A stretch of 64,000 bases of DNA from Azolla caroliniana (lineage: Eukaryota > Plantae > Polypodiophyta). Every line of letters begins with the position of its first letter. The stretch's first letter is position 1. Positions 9,117-21,546 of the stretch are shown here, in pieces. The position numbers and the translations under genes are program-made. Where the stretch lies: the NCBI GenBank assembly GCA_043228905.1, contig JBHGNT010000009.1:7192001-7256000 (forward strand). The letters run 5' to 3'. The notes beneath the pieces were generated by a model that saw only the letters and a program-made list of their open reading frames with translations, was not told the origin of the DNA and made no database searches.

Positions 9117-12100
9117 TGTTGAGAGACAAGCTCAACATCGGCCGGATCGGCTGAAGAAGCCAAGGACCGGATCGGTTGGGACCGATCGGTTAGGCCGGTA
9201 GGAAAGATATTCCGTGAGGAATATATTTGGGAGTTAGTGTAAGAGCTCTTAATGAGCATTGAAGTACTGTCAATACTTCGGTCAGTCCTCCTAGGACTTG
9301 TACAAAGTGTTCATTGAACACATATATGGTTGTTGTTGTTTTTTCCTTTAGAAAAAATATACACATATTCTTTTTGGTGTCTTCTCTCTCACTCTCTCGG
9401 TCTCTCCCGCGTATACTGTGTAAGCTCAAGCTCTCCATTAAACGTGAGTGTTCTTCCTTCTGTTCTGTCTTTATACTTGCTTCCGCATGCTACTTTCTAC
9501 ATGGTATCAGAGCGCGAGGGTTGAGAACCACAGTCAGGAAGCTTCAGCTCCGATAGGAGTTGAGCAACCTACGACAACCCGACTTGTCGGTGGCGGACTA
9601 TACCTCGAAGATCAAGGATATCTGCGACTCCCTCGCCTCCATAGAGGTGAACATCGAGGAGAGCGAGATGGTCCAGATCTTTCTCAGAGGTTTGGCGTCG
9701 AAGTTTGGAGCGTTCCGAACGGCTGTGTGTACCCAGGAGAATACGCCATCCTTTTTTGACTTAAAGTAAATGCTCCTGGTAGAGGAGAACCACGCGGGTG
9801 TGTCTACAAGCACGCACACCGACAGCAGAATGCTATACACGGAGGGAGATAGGCCTCGTGGACGTGGAGGACAAGGCGAGTCGGTGCGCAATGGAGGCGG
9901 CCGACGAGATCAAGGAAGAAGGCACCAAACTGATGCCGACAGCAACTCCGGACCCTCCGGAAACAGGGGGAGTCGAAGCGATGAGAACCGGCAAGGGAAG
10001 GCCATCGCGGAGTGCTGGTACTGTGGCAAGAAAGGCCACAGGGAAAGTGAGTGCTGGAAGAAGCGCGCCGATTCGGAGAGAACCGATTCCGGAAACGACT
10101 CCAGACATACCGACAAGGGAGATCGACAGCGATCACACTACGATGAAGACTCCGGGAGAGCCGGAGAAGGGTCTGCCTTCGTGACGAGACATGAAGCAAA
10201 CTCAATGAAACAGATCACCCCGAGATCGGACGAGGTGTGGTACGTAGACTCCGGAGCGTCAAACCACATGACGAGCCATAAGGAGTGGTTCTCGTACCTT
10301 GAAAAACTGATACAACCTGGAGTAGTCTCAACTGGAGACGACACTCCGCATCCGATCGCGAATGTTGGAGAAGTTCCCCTTAGCCATGTCGTGCAGAAAG
10401 GGAAACTCATGAACGTGTTGCACGTCCCGACAATCACGAAAAACTTGGTCTCGGTCGGACAGATCGTCGACCAAGGGATGGAGGTTCGGTATACACACCT
10501 CGGGTGCTTCATTAAGGAAGAAGGCCGTGTGATTGCGCAAGGGCGCAGAGACGGGAGGATGTTCATCCTCGACTCCCCTGACGGCGGCACCGCAATGTTC
10601 GCGAAGGGACAAAAAACCGAGCTGGACATCGACTTGTGGCACAAGCAGATAGGCCACGTCAACCACCAACGGCTTCAAGATCTGCAATCGAAACAGGTAG
10701 TGTTCGGATTGCCCAAATTTAGTGGCCGAAAGGCACAAATTTGTGAAGCCTGCCAGCTCAGGAAGCAACACCGACTTCCTTTCCCAAACGAACGAAACCG
10801 GAGCCGGAACAAGCTCGACCTTATACACTCTAATGTATGGGGGCCGGCACAAAATGTTAGTCTTGGTGGGAGCCGATATTTCGTCTCCTTCATCGACGAC
10901 CACACGCGGCACACGTGGATCTACCTCATTGAGAGGAAGAGCGAAGTCTTCGACTGTTTCCGGGACCTCAAAGGGTTCGTGGAAACGGAAACGGGACGAA
11001 AGATCAAGTGTCTGCGGTCGGATGGCGGGAAAAAGTACTTTTCCGGTCAATTCAACGGTTACCTACAAAAAATGGGAATTCGCCGCGAATTCAGTTGTAG
11101 ATACACGCCGGAGCAGAACGGCGTGGCCGAGAGAAAGAATCGGTCAGTTGTGGAAGCGGCACGGGCAATGCTGGAGGAGAATGGCTTGCCCAAGTTCTAC
11201 TGGGCCGAGGCAGTAAGGACCGCAATATACATCCAGAACCGGATCGGAGACAAGGTGTCGGCGCACGAGCTATACTTCGGAACGAAGCCGAACATACGAC
11301 ACTTGAGGGTGTTCGGTAGCATTGCGTATGTGCATATACCGAAGGAGAAAAGGAGGAAGTTGGACGCAAAGGCCGAGAAATGCATCTTGGTTTGTTACTC
11401 GGACGGGCAGAAGGGTTATAAGTGCTATAAACCTCGCACCAAACAAGCACGTGTCAGCCGCGACGTTGTCTTTGACGAGTCTGCGTCCTGGTACCTGCAC
11501 CCGACTACGAACCCCGACTCCAATCCAAGCTCTGACGATGAGGTCAGCGAGGCCGAGATGCCTCCGGATGAGCCCGAAATTGAGACTCGCGAAGAGAGTC
11601 CGATTTCACTCCAGTTAAGTGGACCGATTGGACGGCTGAGTCGGTACAACCAGTCCGATAAAGAGTCGGCGAGTAGTGGAGACTCGGCCGTGCATTCCCC
11701 GTGCAGGAAGCCGAGGAGACGGCTTACACGCAAAGAGAAAGGGAAGAAGAAGGTGTCGGATTCCGGCATGGATAGGAACGAGTCTGACCGACGCGAGTCT
11801 GACTCTGAGGGAACCGGTGACGGGTTTTTAAAGTGAAGTCCGCGTTGATCGAGAAGGCCTCGACATCGGCTAATGCGAAATTACGCCGATCTACCCGCTA
11901 GAAGAATCCTGTTTTGCCGTTCGGATACAACGAGTACATGGCGCATCATTATGCGTACATGACCCGTGTAGCGGATGTGCGTGAGCCGGAGAACTACGCA
12001 GAAGCGGCTAAAGATGCGAATTGGCGTGCCGCGATGTAGGAAGAGATGCACGCATTGGCGGAGAACGAGACCTGGGACATGGTTGATGCACCAAGAGGGG

Positions 12101-14410
12101 TAAAACCGATCGGGTGTAGGTGGATGTACAAAGTCAAATACAACACCGATGGCTCGGTGAACCGGTACAAGGCTCGGCTAGTGGCAAAGGGCTACGCGCA
12201 GAAGTACAGCATCGACTACGATGAGACATTTCCGTCGGTCGCGAAAATGACGACCGTCCATGTTTTGCTCGTAGTAGCCGCGGCCAAGGGGTGGCACCTA
12301 CATCAAATGGATGTAAAGAATGCGTTCCTGCAAGGTGACCTTGAGGAACAAGTGTACATGGTACAGCCCCCCGGAACAAATTCCTCAGCAGTATGCCGAC
12401 TGAAGAAGTCCCTTTCCGGACTGAAGCAAGCTCCGCGTGCCTGGAATGCGAAGATCACGCAACAACTGCGTCGGATGGGCTTCGTCACGTCAACATCGGA
12501 CTCTTCCCTGTTCATCCGGAAAGGTCGACTCCGACCGGTTAGTATTCTACTATATGTCGATGACTTGGTCATCACCGGCACCGACCTAGGCGAAATCGAC
12601 CGCATGAAGCTCTAGCTTGCGGCATCGTTCGACATGAAGGATCGGGGGGACCTTCATTACTTCCTCGGGATCGAAGTGATCCGTACCCCCGAAGGCATAT
12701 TGATCAGCCAACGTCATTACGTGCTGGGTATGCTCTTCAAACTCGGGATGGCCGGCTGTAAGTCCGTCTCGACTCCCCTAGACAAAACCATCAAGCTTCG
12801 TCCCGATACGGGAGAGGTATGCGACCCGACGAGGTTCCGACAAATTGTCGGAAGCCTCATATACTTGACCATCACCCGGCCCGACCTCAGTTATCCGGTC
12901 GGGGTGATCAGTCAGTTCATGGCGCGACCTACCAAGGAGCACCTTCAATGTGCGCAACGCGTACTGCAGTACGTAAGTGGCACTAAGGACCGAGGACTGC
13001 TATATCGGACCGGTGCAGCCGCGCAGTTAGTCGGCTACACCGATGTTGATTGGGCTAGCAACGCCGCCGATCGCCGATCCACGTCCGGATACGCGTTCTC
13101 CCTCGGGAGTGCCGCGATCGCTTGGAGTAGTAAGAAGCAGTCGACAGTTGCACTGTCGAGCACCGAAGCTGAGTACCGAGGAGCGGCTGTCGCGACATGC
13201 GAAGCCATATGGTTGAAGCGGCTACTTAAGGACCTGCAAGCGGAGGTGTCAGATCCGACGACGATCTACTACGACAACCTCAGCAGCATCCAGCTTGCGA
13301 AGAACCCCGTTTTCCACACACGGACCAAGCACATTGAGGTAAACTACCATTTCATCCGTGAGCATGTCCTTTCCGGTGAAGTCGAACTTCAGTACGTGCC
13401 AACGGATCGGCAGACTGCTGACATCTTCACAAAGCCTCTTGGTCTGGACAAGTTGCGGCAATTCTCAGGTGCGCTCGGGTTGCGTCACCTCGATGTGCCG
13501 AACTTGAGGGGAAGAACAGTCCCGAACGACCAAGCAAGGCAATAGGAAAGGAGCGGAGACCGCGACACCGAGTCGGTTGACAAGTTCGACTTCGGATCGG
13601 CTGAAGAAGCCAAGGGCGGACGCGCAGAAAAGTCTGGAAGCGGAAAGAAGGGGAGCAGCCGAAGGAGAGAGCCGAAGCCAACCATGCATGGGGGAGATGA
13701 CGCCATCGAGGGCGAGAAGACTGAAGACAAGTTGGAGACAGCCAACTCGGACGAGAGCGAAAATCGATCGGAGGTAGCCGAGTCGGTTCGGATGTTTGAT
13801 TCAGACACGTTGAATCAACCGAGGCCCAAGCGGAAGAAAAGTCAGCAGAAGAAGTGTCGACACCGCAACAGCAGAAGAGCTGATAAGGGCCACATGAGCA
13901 GACAAGCCGACCGGAAGGGTCGAAGTGCGCGGAGTCGAACAGGTCGAGGAGCGCGAGCGAGGCGTGAAGCCAGGAGGAACCGGAGCTGTGAAGATCCCGA
14001 AGAGCCTCAAGTTGAGCTTGAGGGGGAGTGTTGAGAGACAAGCTCAACATCGGCCGTATCGGCGGAAGAAGCCGAGGACCGGATCAGTTGGGACCGATCA
14101 GTTAGGCCGATAGGAAAGATATTCCGTGAGGAATATATTTGGGAGTTAGTGTAAGAGCTCTTAATGAGCATTGAAGTACTATCAGTACTTCGGTCAGTCC
14201 TCCTAGGACTTGTACAAAGTGTTCATTGAACACATATATGTTTGTTGTTTTTTCCTTTAGAAAAAATATACACATATTCTTTTTGGTGTCTTCTCTCTCA
14301 CTCTCTCGGTCTCTCCCGCATATACTGTGTAAGCTCAAGCTCTCCATTAAACCTGAGTGTTCTTCCTTCTGTTCTGTCTTTATACTTGCTTCCGCACGCT
14401 ACTTTCTACA
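9117..14410 (+). mobile_element. CopB: full-length decayed Ty1/copia element
   Basis: LTRs at 9117-9501 and 14029-14410. TSD CCTCC at 9112-9116 and 14411-14415. PBS TGGTATCAGAGC at 9502-9513. PPT AGGGGGAG at 14021-14028. Confidence 0.97.
9523..13545 (+). pseudogene. CopB gag-pol; N-terminally deleted, several stops and a frameshift
   Basis: Motifs CWYCGKKGHRESEC, WYVDSGAS, LRSDGG, YVDD, ADIFTK. Stops at 9554, 9767, 11899, 12037 and 12613. Confidence 0.92.
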
Positions 14411-14415
14411 CCTCC

Positions 14416-17400
14416 GAAACCACATACGGGCCTTCGCCCCGTAGCTTCAACTTCTTCTTGTGTCGTTGAGAGGAGAATTTGAGGGCCATGTCGCCTTCCG
14501 CGAGGTCTTTGTTCTTGACTTTATTGTGGTGCCACACCTTTCTATTAGCTTTCTCTGGCAAGAGTGCCTGGAATGCGAGAAGGCGAGTTTCTGTCAGTCG
14601 TTCTAAGTTCTTTAGGCGTGATGGGAGGGGGTCCCCTTCCCATCGTTCCTGTACGGCGATCCTGAGGCTGGGTAAAGAAACTTGATGGGTAATATTGCTT
14701 CTTGCCCGTACACCAGTTTGAATGGTGTGTGGCGAGTTGCGACTTTGTAGGAAGTACGGAAAGCCCATAATGTTGCTTGGAGTTTGGTGCTCCAATCAGA
14801 TCGGGAGGCAACGACTATCTTTGTGAGTACTGCACATAGCACCTTATTCGTGCTTTCCACTTGTCCGTTGCATCGAGGGTAATAAGGAGAATTTTTGCGA
14901 TGTGTCACCATAAACTCGCCTAATAAATGTGCTATCACCTCGTTCAGGAAATGTGAGCCTTGGTCACTAATGATTTCGAGCAGACATCCAAACTGTACGA
15001 TGACATTTTCATATAGGAATTTGGCATTACTACGCGCGTCGGCGTTAACGCAAGCTTTGGCTTCAACCCACTTGGTGGCGTAGTCGGTGGCGGTTATTAT
15101 GTATCGGTTGAGGTTGGAAGCTGGGCTGATTGGGCCGATAAAGTCGATACCCCATTTCTCGAATGGTTGCCATGCCACCACCGAGTTTAACGTATTAAAA
15201 TCCGCTTTTAGCGGGTGTTTGAAATGTTGGCACTCGTCATAGCGACGTACGTACGTGTATGTGTCTTTGAAGAGTGTTGGCCACCATAGGCCGGACTGAA
15301 GGATCTTGCGCGCAATGATCTCGTGATTGAAATGACCACTTCCGCTCCCGCAATGAGCTTGTTCGAGGGTGGTGACGATGTCATGGTCTGTTATACACCT
15401 CCGAAGTAGATCGTCGTTACCCCGACGGTACAGATTGCCTCGGAGCATCGTGAAGGGGCCACATTTCTTTAGCAAGGCACGCGCATGTGTTCGTGGTAGT
15501 TGTTTTAGGAAGGACGCTCCTTCGGTTAGGACGTGAACTATGTCTGATGCCCATGCTGGTACGGTATCAATCGTGAATAATGCTGCATCTGGTGTTTCGT
15601 CATCGACCCCAGTGGCTTCTTCTTCATTGGGAATCCGGGAGAAATGATCGGCGAGTACATGGTCTTTCCCTTTTCTCATTACTACCTTGAAGTCGAGTAA
15701 CGTTACGATCCATCGTGAGATGCGTCCAGTGGCGTGAGTTTTGTTTACTAAGTAGAGTAGGGCCTGATGGTCTACAAAAAACGAGAACCAGGATGCCAAC
15801 AGGTAGTGGCGGAATTTCTTTATGTTGTAGACCATGGCCAAAGCCTCCCGTTCCGTCGTGGAGTAATTTCGTTCCGCGGCATTTAGCTGGCGACTAGCGA
15901 AGGTGACCGGTAGGTCGAGTGCCCCTTCACCGGGTTGGGCTAGCACTGCACCAATCGCGAAGGCGAAAGCGTCGGTGTGCACATGGAATTCTTTGGTCCA
16001 GTCGGGAGGCTGGAGGATGGGGGCCTTAGTTAGGCACTCTTTCAAGAGCTTGAAGGAGTATGTGCATTCCTCTGTCCACACGAACTGCTTTAATAGGGAG
16101 TAGAGTGGTCTAGCCTTGTCCGTGAACATCTTAATGAAGCGTCTATAGTAACCCGCGTATCCCATGAACCCTTGTAGTTGTTTCTCGTTCGTGGGGGGTG
16201 GCATGTCGAGGATGAGTTTTACTTTTGCCTCATCGGTCGAGATCCCGTGGCGGGACACGACGTGTCCTAATATTATTCTGTGCTTGACCCAGAACTGACA
16301 CTTGAGCGGGTTGAGAGAGAGTTGATAGGTTCTGCATTTTTCGAACGTCAAACGGAGTAGCCCGAAGTGGTCATGCCATTTCGAATTGCAACATAAGTCG
16401 TCAACATAAGACTCCACCCCTTGTCGTAACCTTGCGGCAAAGATATGGTCCGCTGCTCTTTGGTAGGTGCTCAAGGCGCTCGTGAGTCCGAAAGGCATCT
16501 GTTTATACGCGAACGTACCAAATTCCGTGGCGAAAGCTATCTTGTGTTGATCCTCAGGGACCACCGAGATTTGGTTCCCGTGGTTCTTTCGAGTAAATGT
16601 TCGATGTAGGGTACCGAGTAATTGTCCTTGATAGTGGCTTCGTTAACTTGGTGGTAGTCTATACATATGCGGATCTGGCCGTTTTTCTTTGGGACAACCA
16701 CAATTGGGGAGACCCAAGTAGTTCGTTTGATTGGGTAGATAATGCCTGCAGCTAACATTTTGTTGATTTCGGCTTTCACTTGTTGGGCGTAGTTAGGATT
16801 CATTGGACGTGGCCTTTGCCGGATTGGGCGGGCGTCGGCTCGCATGGGGATACTATGTGTGACGACCTCGGTTGGAACTCCCTTCATGTCGATGTACGAC
16901 CATGCAAACACATCGCTAAATTCCGTGAGGAGAGTGATCAAGGACGCCTCCTCGTCCGGTTGGAGATCTGTAGCTATAAACACCGGTTTGGAGTCTGTCC
17001 CTTTCCCAAGGTTGATTTCTTTCACCCTTGTTGGTCCATTATAGACTTCTCCTAGGCCTTGGGGGTTGCGTTGCGGTCTCTTACAAGCCACTGCCCTACT
17101 CCGTTGTTCATAGAGTTTGAAATGCTCTGGGAAGTCCGCTTCCGTCACCGCCTCTTGAGTGGTCGTGATGTCACCTGGACATGTGACTCGTTGTACCAGT
17201 TCTTCGTCCTCTACATCTACGTCTTTTCGCCGGGGACCTAGGGTGGTGACGTTGAAGCACGAGATTGTCTCTCCGTTCTCGTCACAACACTTTGTACCTA
17301 TAGGGTACATTGCGTCGGTTGTGGCGAGAGCGTGCACCCAATTCATTTTTGACGTCTCGGAGGTGACGGATTGGTCGTCTCTCTCACGTGCGTTCTCCTC

Positions 17401-20400
17401 TTTGGAAGTGGTGGGGCTTTGAGGAAAGTGTTGGACTCTGGTCAAGAGTTGAACTGTCTTCGTGGGGTTGCACGCTAGGAGGTTGGTGTCGAAGTCAGTG
17501 GTTTCTGACCAATCGTCTACGAGAGGGCTGCCTTCTTGTTCATGCACTTTTTGTGTGTACGCTTTGATGCGAAAGGTTTTGTTGTCCTTTCACATATAGA
17601 TTACATCGTTCCCAAAATCCATGACCAGGCGGCTTATATGTAGGAATGGTCTTCCTAGTAAGCACTCGTAGGCTACATGGTTGGACGATCTTGTGACGAC
17701 AAAGGTGAGATTGAACTCCACTCCGTGGATAGTGAAGTGATGCGCAGGAATCATGCCTTCCGGTCTTTGGATGGACCCGTCTGCCATTCGTAGTTTGACC
17801 TCGGAAGGCATCATTTTTGGGCTCCCCCACTTAGTACGCCAACATTCGTAATTGACGATACTTACCCCTGCTCCGGTGTCAATGATGGCGTCACACGTCT
17901 TACCATTGACACAGACTGGTAGAGTGAAACTAGTGTCGTCGCTCTCGAAGTGGGCTTTGTGGACATCAACTGGCGGTCCTTCGGGTTGTTTGAGGACTGT
18001 GGACGTGCGAGGAGTGTGGGTGTGTATCCCTTCACCATATCCCGCTGATAGGCCACCATTGAGGCGTCGGAGGACGTCATGCCACGGTTGAACGTCGAGT
18101 TTGAGTAGTTCTTCGAGCGTGAACTCTATTTCTTTGGCGAGTAGTGGTCGTAGCAGGGGGTTGTCGGTGGTGAAGGTGCCAATGTAGCTCTGCACTTCGC
18201 GTAATGTGAGTCGCAATCTTAAATTTAAGATTTGTTGGAGTAGAGTTGTGTTGACCTCTTTGATCAAGGTAGGATGGCAAACGGGGGTGTCAGTTGGTGT
18301 GACAAAGGGGGGAGGTGAGGGGTTTACCCATTCTTCTAGTTGCTCGAAGTTTAAGCTTGGGAGGCTAAGTGATTTTTCAAACTATTCGTGGTCTATGAGT
18401 TTGATGTATTCTTCTACTTTTTGTTTCTCAGATACTGGATTTGGGTATGCCGCTAGGTGCACCGGTAGTTCTTGATTCGGATTGACGGGTAATGTTTCTG
18501 TGTCTCCCTCTGGTTCTTGATCTTGTTTTGAGGTCTTAGTGGAATTATTCTTCCTAGATTTGCGTCTCTTACGCGCGGTCACGGGGAGACCTTGATCTTG
18601 GTATTTTAAATTGTGCGCTACTCATTGGGCTCGTGTGATGACATTGGCACCGATCGTGGATGGCACAATGGACAACAGATTTGTGCCGACCCTTTTCTTC
18701 TTTTCCGGGCAATCAGGTACTAGGTGTTCTTTACCGCACCCTGGGCATGATGCTTCTCTTTGGAACCATTCGATGAGGGCTTGTGACTGTTGGGTGGGCC
18801 CTTGCGCCAATGGTTGCGGGGGCGTGTCGAGTGGGAGGTGTCGTGGTCGTTGGGCCATCCGGTTGTAGTACTCATGTTTGGTTGGGCACTCGCTAACCAT
18901 ATGTGGGCCTTGGCAGTTGAAGCATTTCAATTCTAACCTCCTCAGACCATTGTTGTTGCAGTATCCCATAGGGGGTCCACGTTGTTCCCCTCTCAAGACC
19001 TACACTAGTATTTGGTCGCCTTCAAAATCCACAAAATGGGACAACACCTCTTCGTCAATGCCATACTCCTTGTACGGGTCTTCATATTCGGGGGTGCTCG
19101 TTCCGACCTGGGTTTGGTTATCTGTGGTATACTCCAGTTCAGCGAGGCGGGCACCGATGCACGGTAGTGGGGGTTGTTGAGGGAGTATCGCTGGTAGTGG
19201 TGGGCGGCTAAGTGGTGGGGGGGAGCGTGGGTGTTCCACCATTGGCGTTTGGCCATATCTTCCAGTGGGGGCTTGCCAACAGTTCTCTTGTGTATGCATT
19301 ACGAAAGCTTTGCACCACTTATAGTATTGCGGTCATCGTTGATGAAGGAGGGGACACTCATGTCCTGTGTGGTGTCTGTGACATACCGTGCACCTTACAT
19401 TTTCTCGTTGGGCGTATGCTTGGGGTCTTTCTATACGGGGTGTTCGCGGTGGTGTGGGTAGAGCAGGGGTGGGGTCGGAGGATTTCTCGCGGTTGTTCGT
19501 GGGTGTGTGAGTGGGTATGTGTAATCCACTCATCGAATCTTCAAAGGTCATCACTACTGTGCAGGCTTCAGCAAACGATCGACACATCCAGGCAATCAGG
19601 AAATTTTGGAGTGTCGTATCAAACAACCCATTAATGAAACGGCTCATCAACTTGTCATCCGACATCTTGTCGTTCGGACTACAACGATGATGCAAGCTTT
19701 TCGTGCAACGTATGTAGTCCCTGACCATTTCGTTTGCTTCTTGTTTGAGGGCGAAAAGTTGGTCAATCGGGTTCCATTTATTCCATCTACGAGCAAAGTT
19801 TATCAAGAAATCCTCGATGACGTACTCGAAATCGGCGGCGATGTCTTCATTCAAGGTTCAAAACCAGATTCCGGCTTGGTCGTCAAGTGTGAGTCCAAAC
19901 GCGGCTACCTTGGTGATCTCTGTGAGGGGTTCATAAGCGCGGCAAATCTGTTTGAACTTCTCGACATGGTCATAGGCATCGCCGAAACCGAGGAAACGGG
20001 GTACTAGTTTAGAAATGGAAGCACTCTTCCCACTGTCATTTGTGAGGTTTCTCGGATGGTATATGGGTGCTCGCTCTTTTTCCATCAATGCTACAAGAGT
20101 TTGTATGGATTGTAGCGCTAGTGCGAGTTCGGCATTTGGAAGTGTAGGGGTAGCTTGGTCAGGTGTAGGGATTGTGCCCATGTGTGGTGGTATCGGGTGT
20201 CGTTGTGCACGGGTTTCGTTCGGGCTATCGCCCGTTGTGCTCGAATGCGGTACGGGGCTGTGCTCCTGACTTCGGCGGTGTATGTGCGACGAAGTTTCTA
20301 GGCGGTGAAGTTTTTGTTGCACTCGTGCGAATCTATCCTTCCTTTCTGCCAAAACAGCTTCGATATCTCGAGTGGTGCTTTCCGGTTGTCCTCCTTTCGC

Positions 20401-20709
20401 AATTTGTACCGTCGATAGATTGATTTTGTGTTCTATCACTCGTAACTCTTGCGATGCGTCTCGTATATGTCGTTCTACACTGAGTGGGTCTGCCATTGGG
20501 CTCTCTTGTAGTGGGGGTGTGTTGAGAAGTGCTTTAGTTCCTGGGCTCGATGGGAGGTTCTTGTTTGGTAATATCCCCGGAGTTAGCCACCCTTCGTGGT
20601 ACTGAGTCGGGTTAGGCGGGCCAGCCTCGCGGGTTTGGTCGGTTTGTGTGGACTCTTCCAGGCGTGCGGGTCGGGTTTTGAACATTTCTGTCCACGAGGA
20701 TCCGGCCAT
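14416..20709 (-). pseudogene. GypI gag-pol (Gag, zinc knuckles, protease, RT, RNase H, integrase)
   Basis: The ORF pieces from 20709 to 16537 share one frame broken by stops. Motifs LKQEANEMVRDY, IIDTGAG (17872-17880), WVSPIVVVPKKNG, YVDD, HTDA..EREAL..DHQAL, KWGIDFIGP, SDQGSHF, GPY. Frameshifts near 16565 and 14675. Confidence 0.93.
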
Positions 20710-20734
20710 GTTTTCTGGTCAAGCTTTTTTATAG

Positions 20735-20995
20735 GTTCGTCGAAGGGTGAATCTTCGTCGAAGGATGAATCTTCGTCGAAGGATGAATCTTCGTCGAAGG
20801 ATGAATCTTCGTCGCAGGTTGAAGATTTGTCACAGGTTAAATCTTCGTCGAAGGATTAATATTCGTCGAAGGATGAATGTTCGTCGAAGGAGGAAGCTTC
20901 ATCGCAGGTTGAACCTTCGTCGAAGGACGGATGTTCGTCGAAGGTTGAATGTTCGTCGAAGGTTGAGTCTTCGCCGAAGGTTGAATCTTCGACGA
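20735..20995. repeat. 18-bp tandem repeat (~14 units, TGAATCTTCGTCGAAGGA) in the GypI leader
   Basis: Read directly from the sequence; lies immediately upstream of the gag ATG at 20709. Confidence 0.9.
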
Positions 20996-21136
20996 GCTTT
21001 GCATGGGAAATTCAAACTTTTTGGCGCCAACGGTCGCTTCGTGACCCGTGGAGTGATCGTAAGCCGCGAGACTCGCGGTGATTATGCTTGCCCCGTAACG
21101 ACCTAAACCTCCACAATGTTTAATGTTAACCGAGCG

Positions 21137-21441
21137 AAAAAACAGAAAATGGAACTTAATTAAACTATGAAACGATGAGAAAATAGAAAATGGAACTTAA
21201 TTAAACTATGAAATGATGAAAAAACAGAAAATGGAACTTAATTAAACTATGAAATGATGAAAAAAACAGAAAATGGCACTTAATTAAACTATGAAATGAT
21301 GAAAAAAACAGAAAATGGCACTTAATTAAACTATGAAATGATGAAAAAACAGAAAATGGCACTTAATTAAACTATGAAATGATGAAAAAAACAGAAAATG
21401 GCACTTAATTAAACTATGAAATGATGAAAAAACAGAAAATG
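21137..21441. repeat. 43-45 bp tandem repeat (~7 units) in the GypI leader
   Basis: AAAAACAGAAAATGG(A/C)ACTTAATTAAACTATGAAATGATG repeated. Confidence 0.93.
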
Positions 21442-21528
21442 GTGGTTCTCTTGCGATTTCTTCCTTCGTTGAGTGGTTTGCCTCCGAGTTTTTGACTACT
21501 CGAAAATGGGCTTCAAGCGTCGGTCGTA

Positions 21529-21546
21529 TCCCTGGCAGCGGCACCA
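21529..21546 (-). promoter_or_regulatory. GypI primer-binding site, tRNA-Asp type
   Basis: TGGTGCCGCTGCCAGGGA versus the Athila consensus TGGCGCCGTTGCCGGGGA (3 transitions). It sits 6 nt inside the LTR end. Confidence 0.8.

Noticed and set aside
9117-9259. N-terminal part of the listed ORF 8618-9259
   Set aside because: It is antisense CopB LTR sequence; the real frame continues from 14416.
21017-21030. TTTTTGGCGCC, resembling a second Athila PBS on the plus strand
   Set aside because: The match stops after TGGCGCC, and no LTR or gag is associated in that orientation.
20747-21106. Arg-rich protamine-like ORF (MNLRRR)n
   Set aside because: It is a translation of the 18-bp repeat, antisense to the element.
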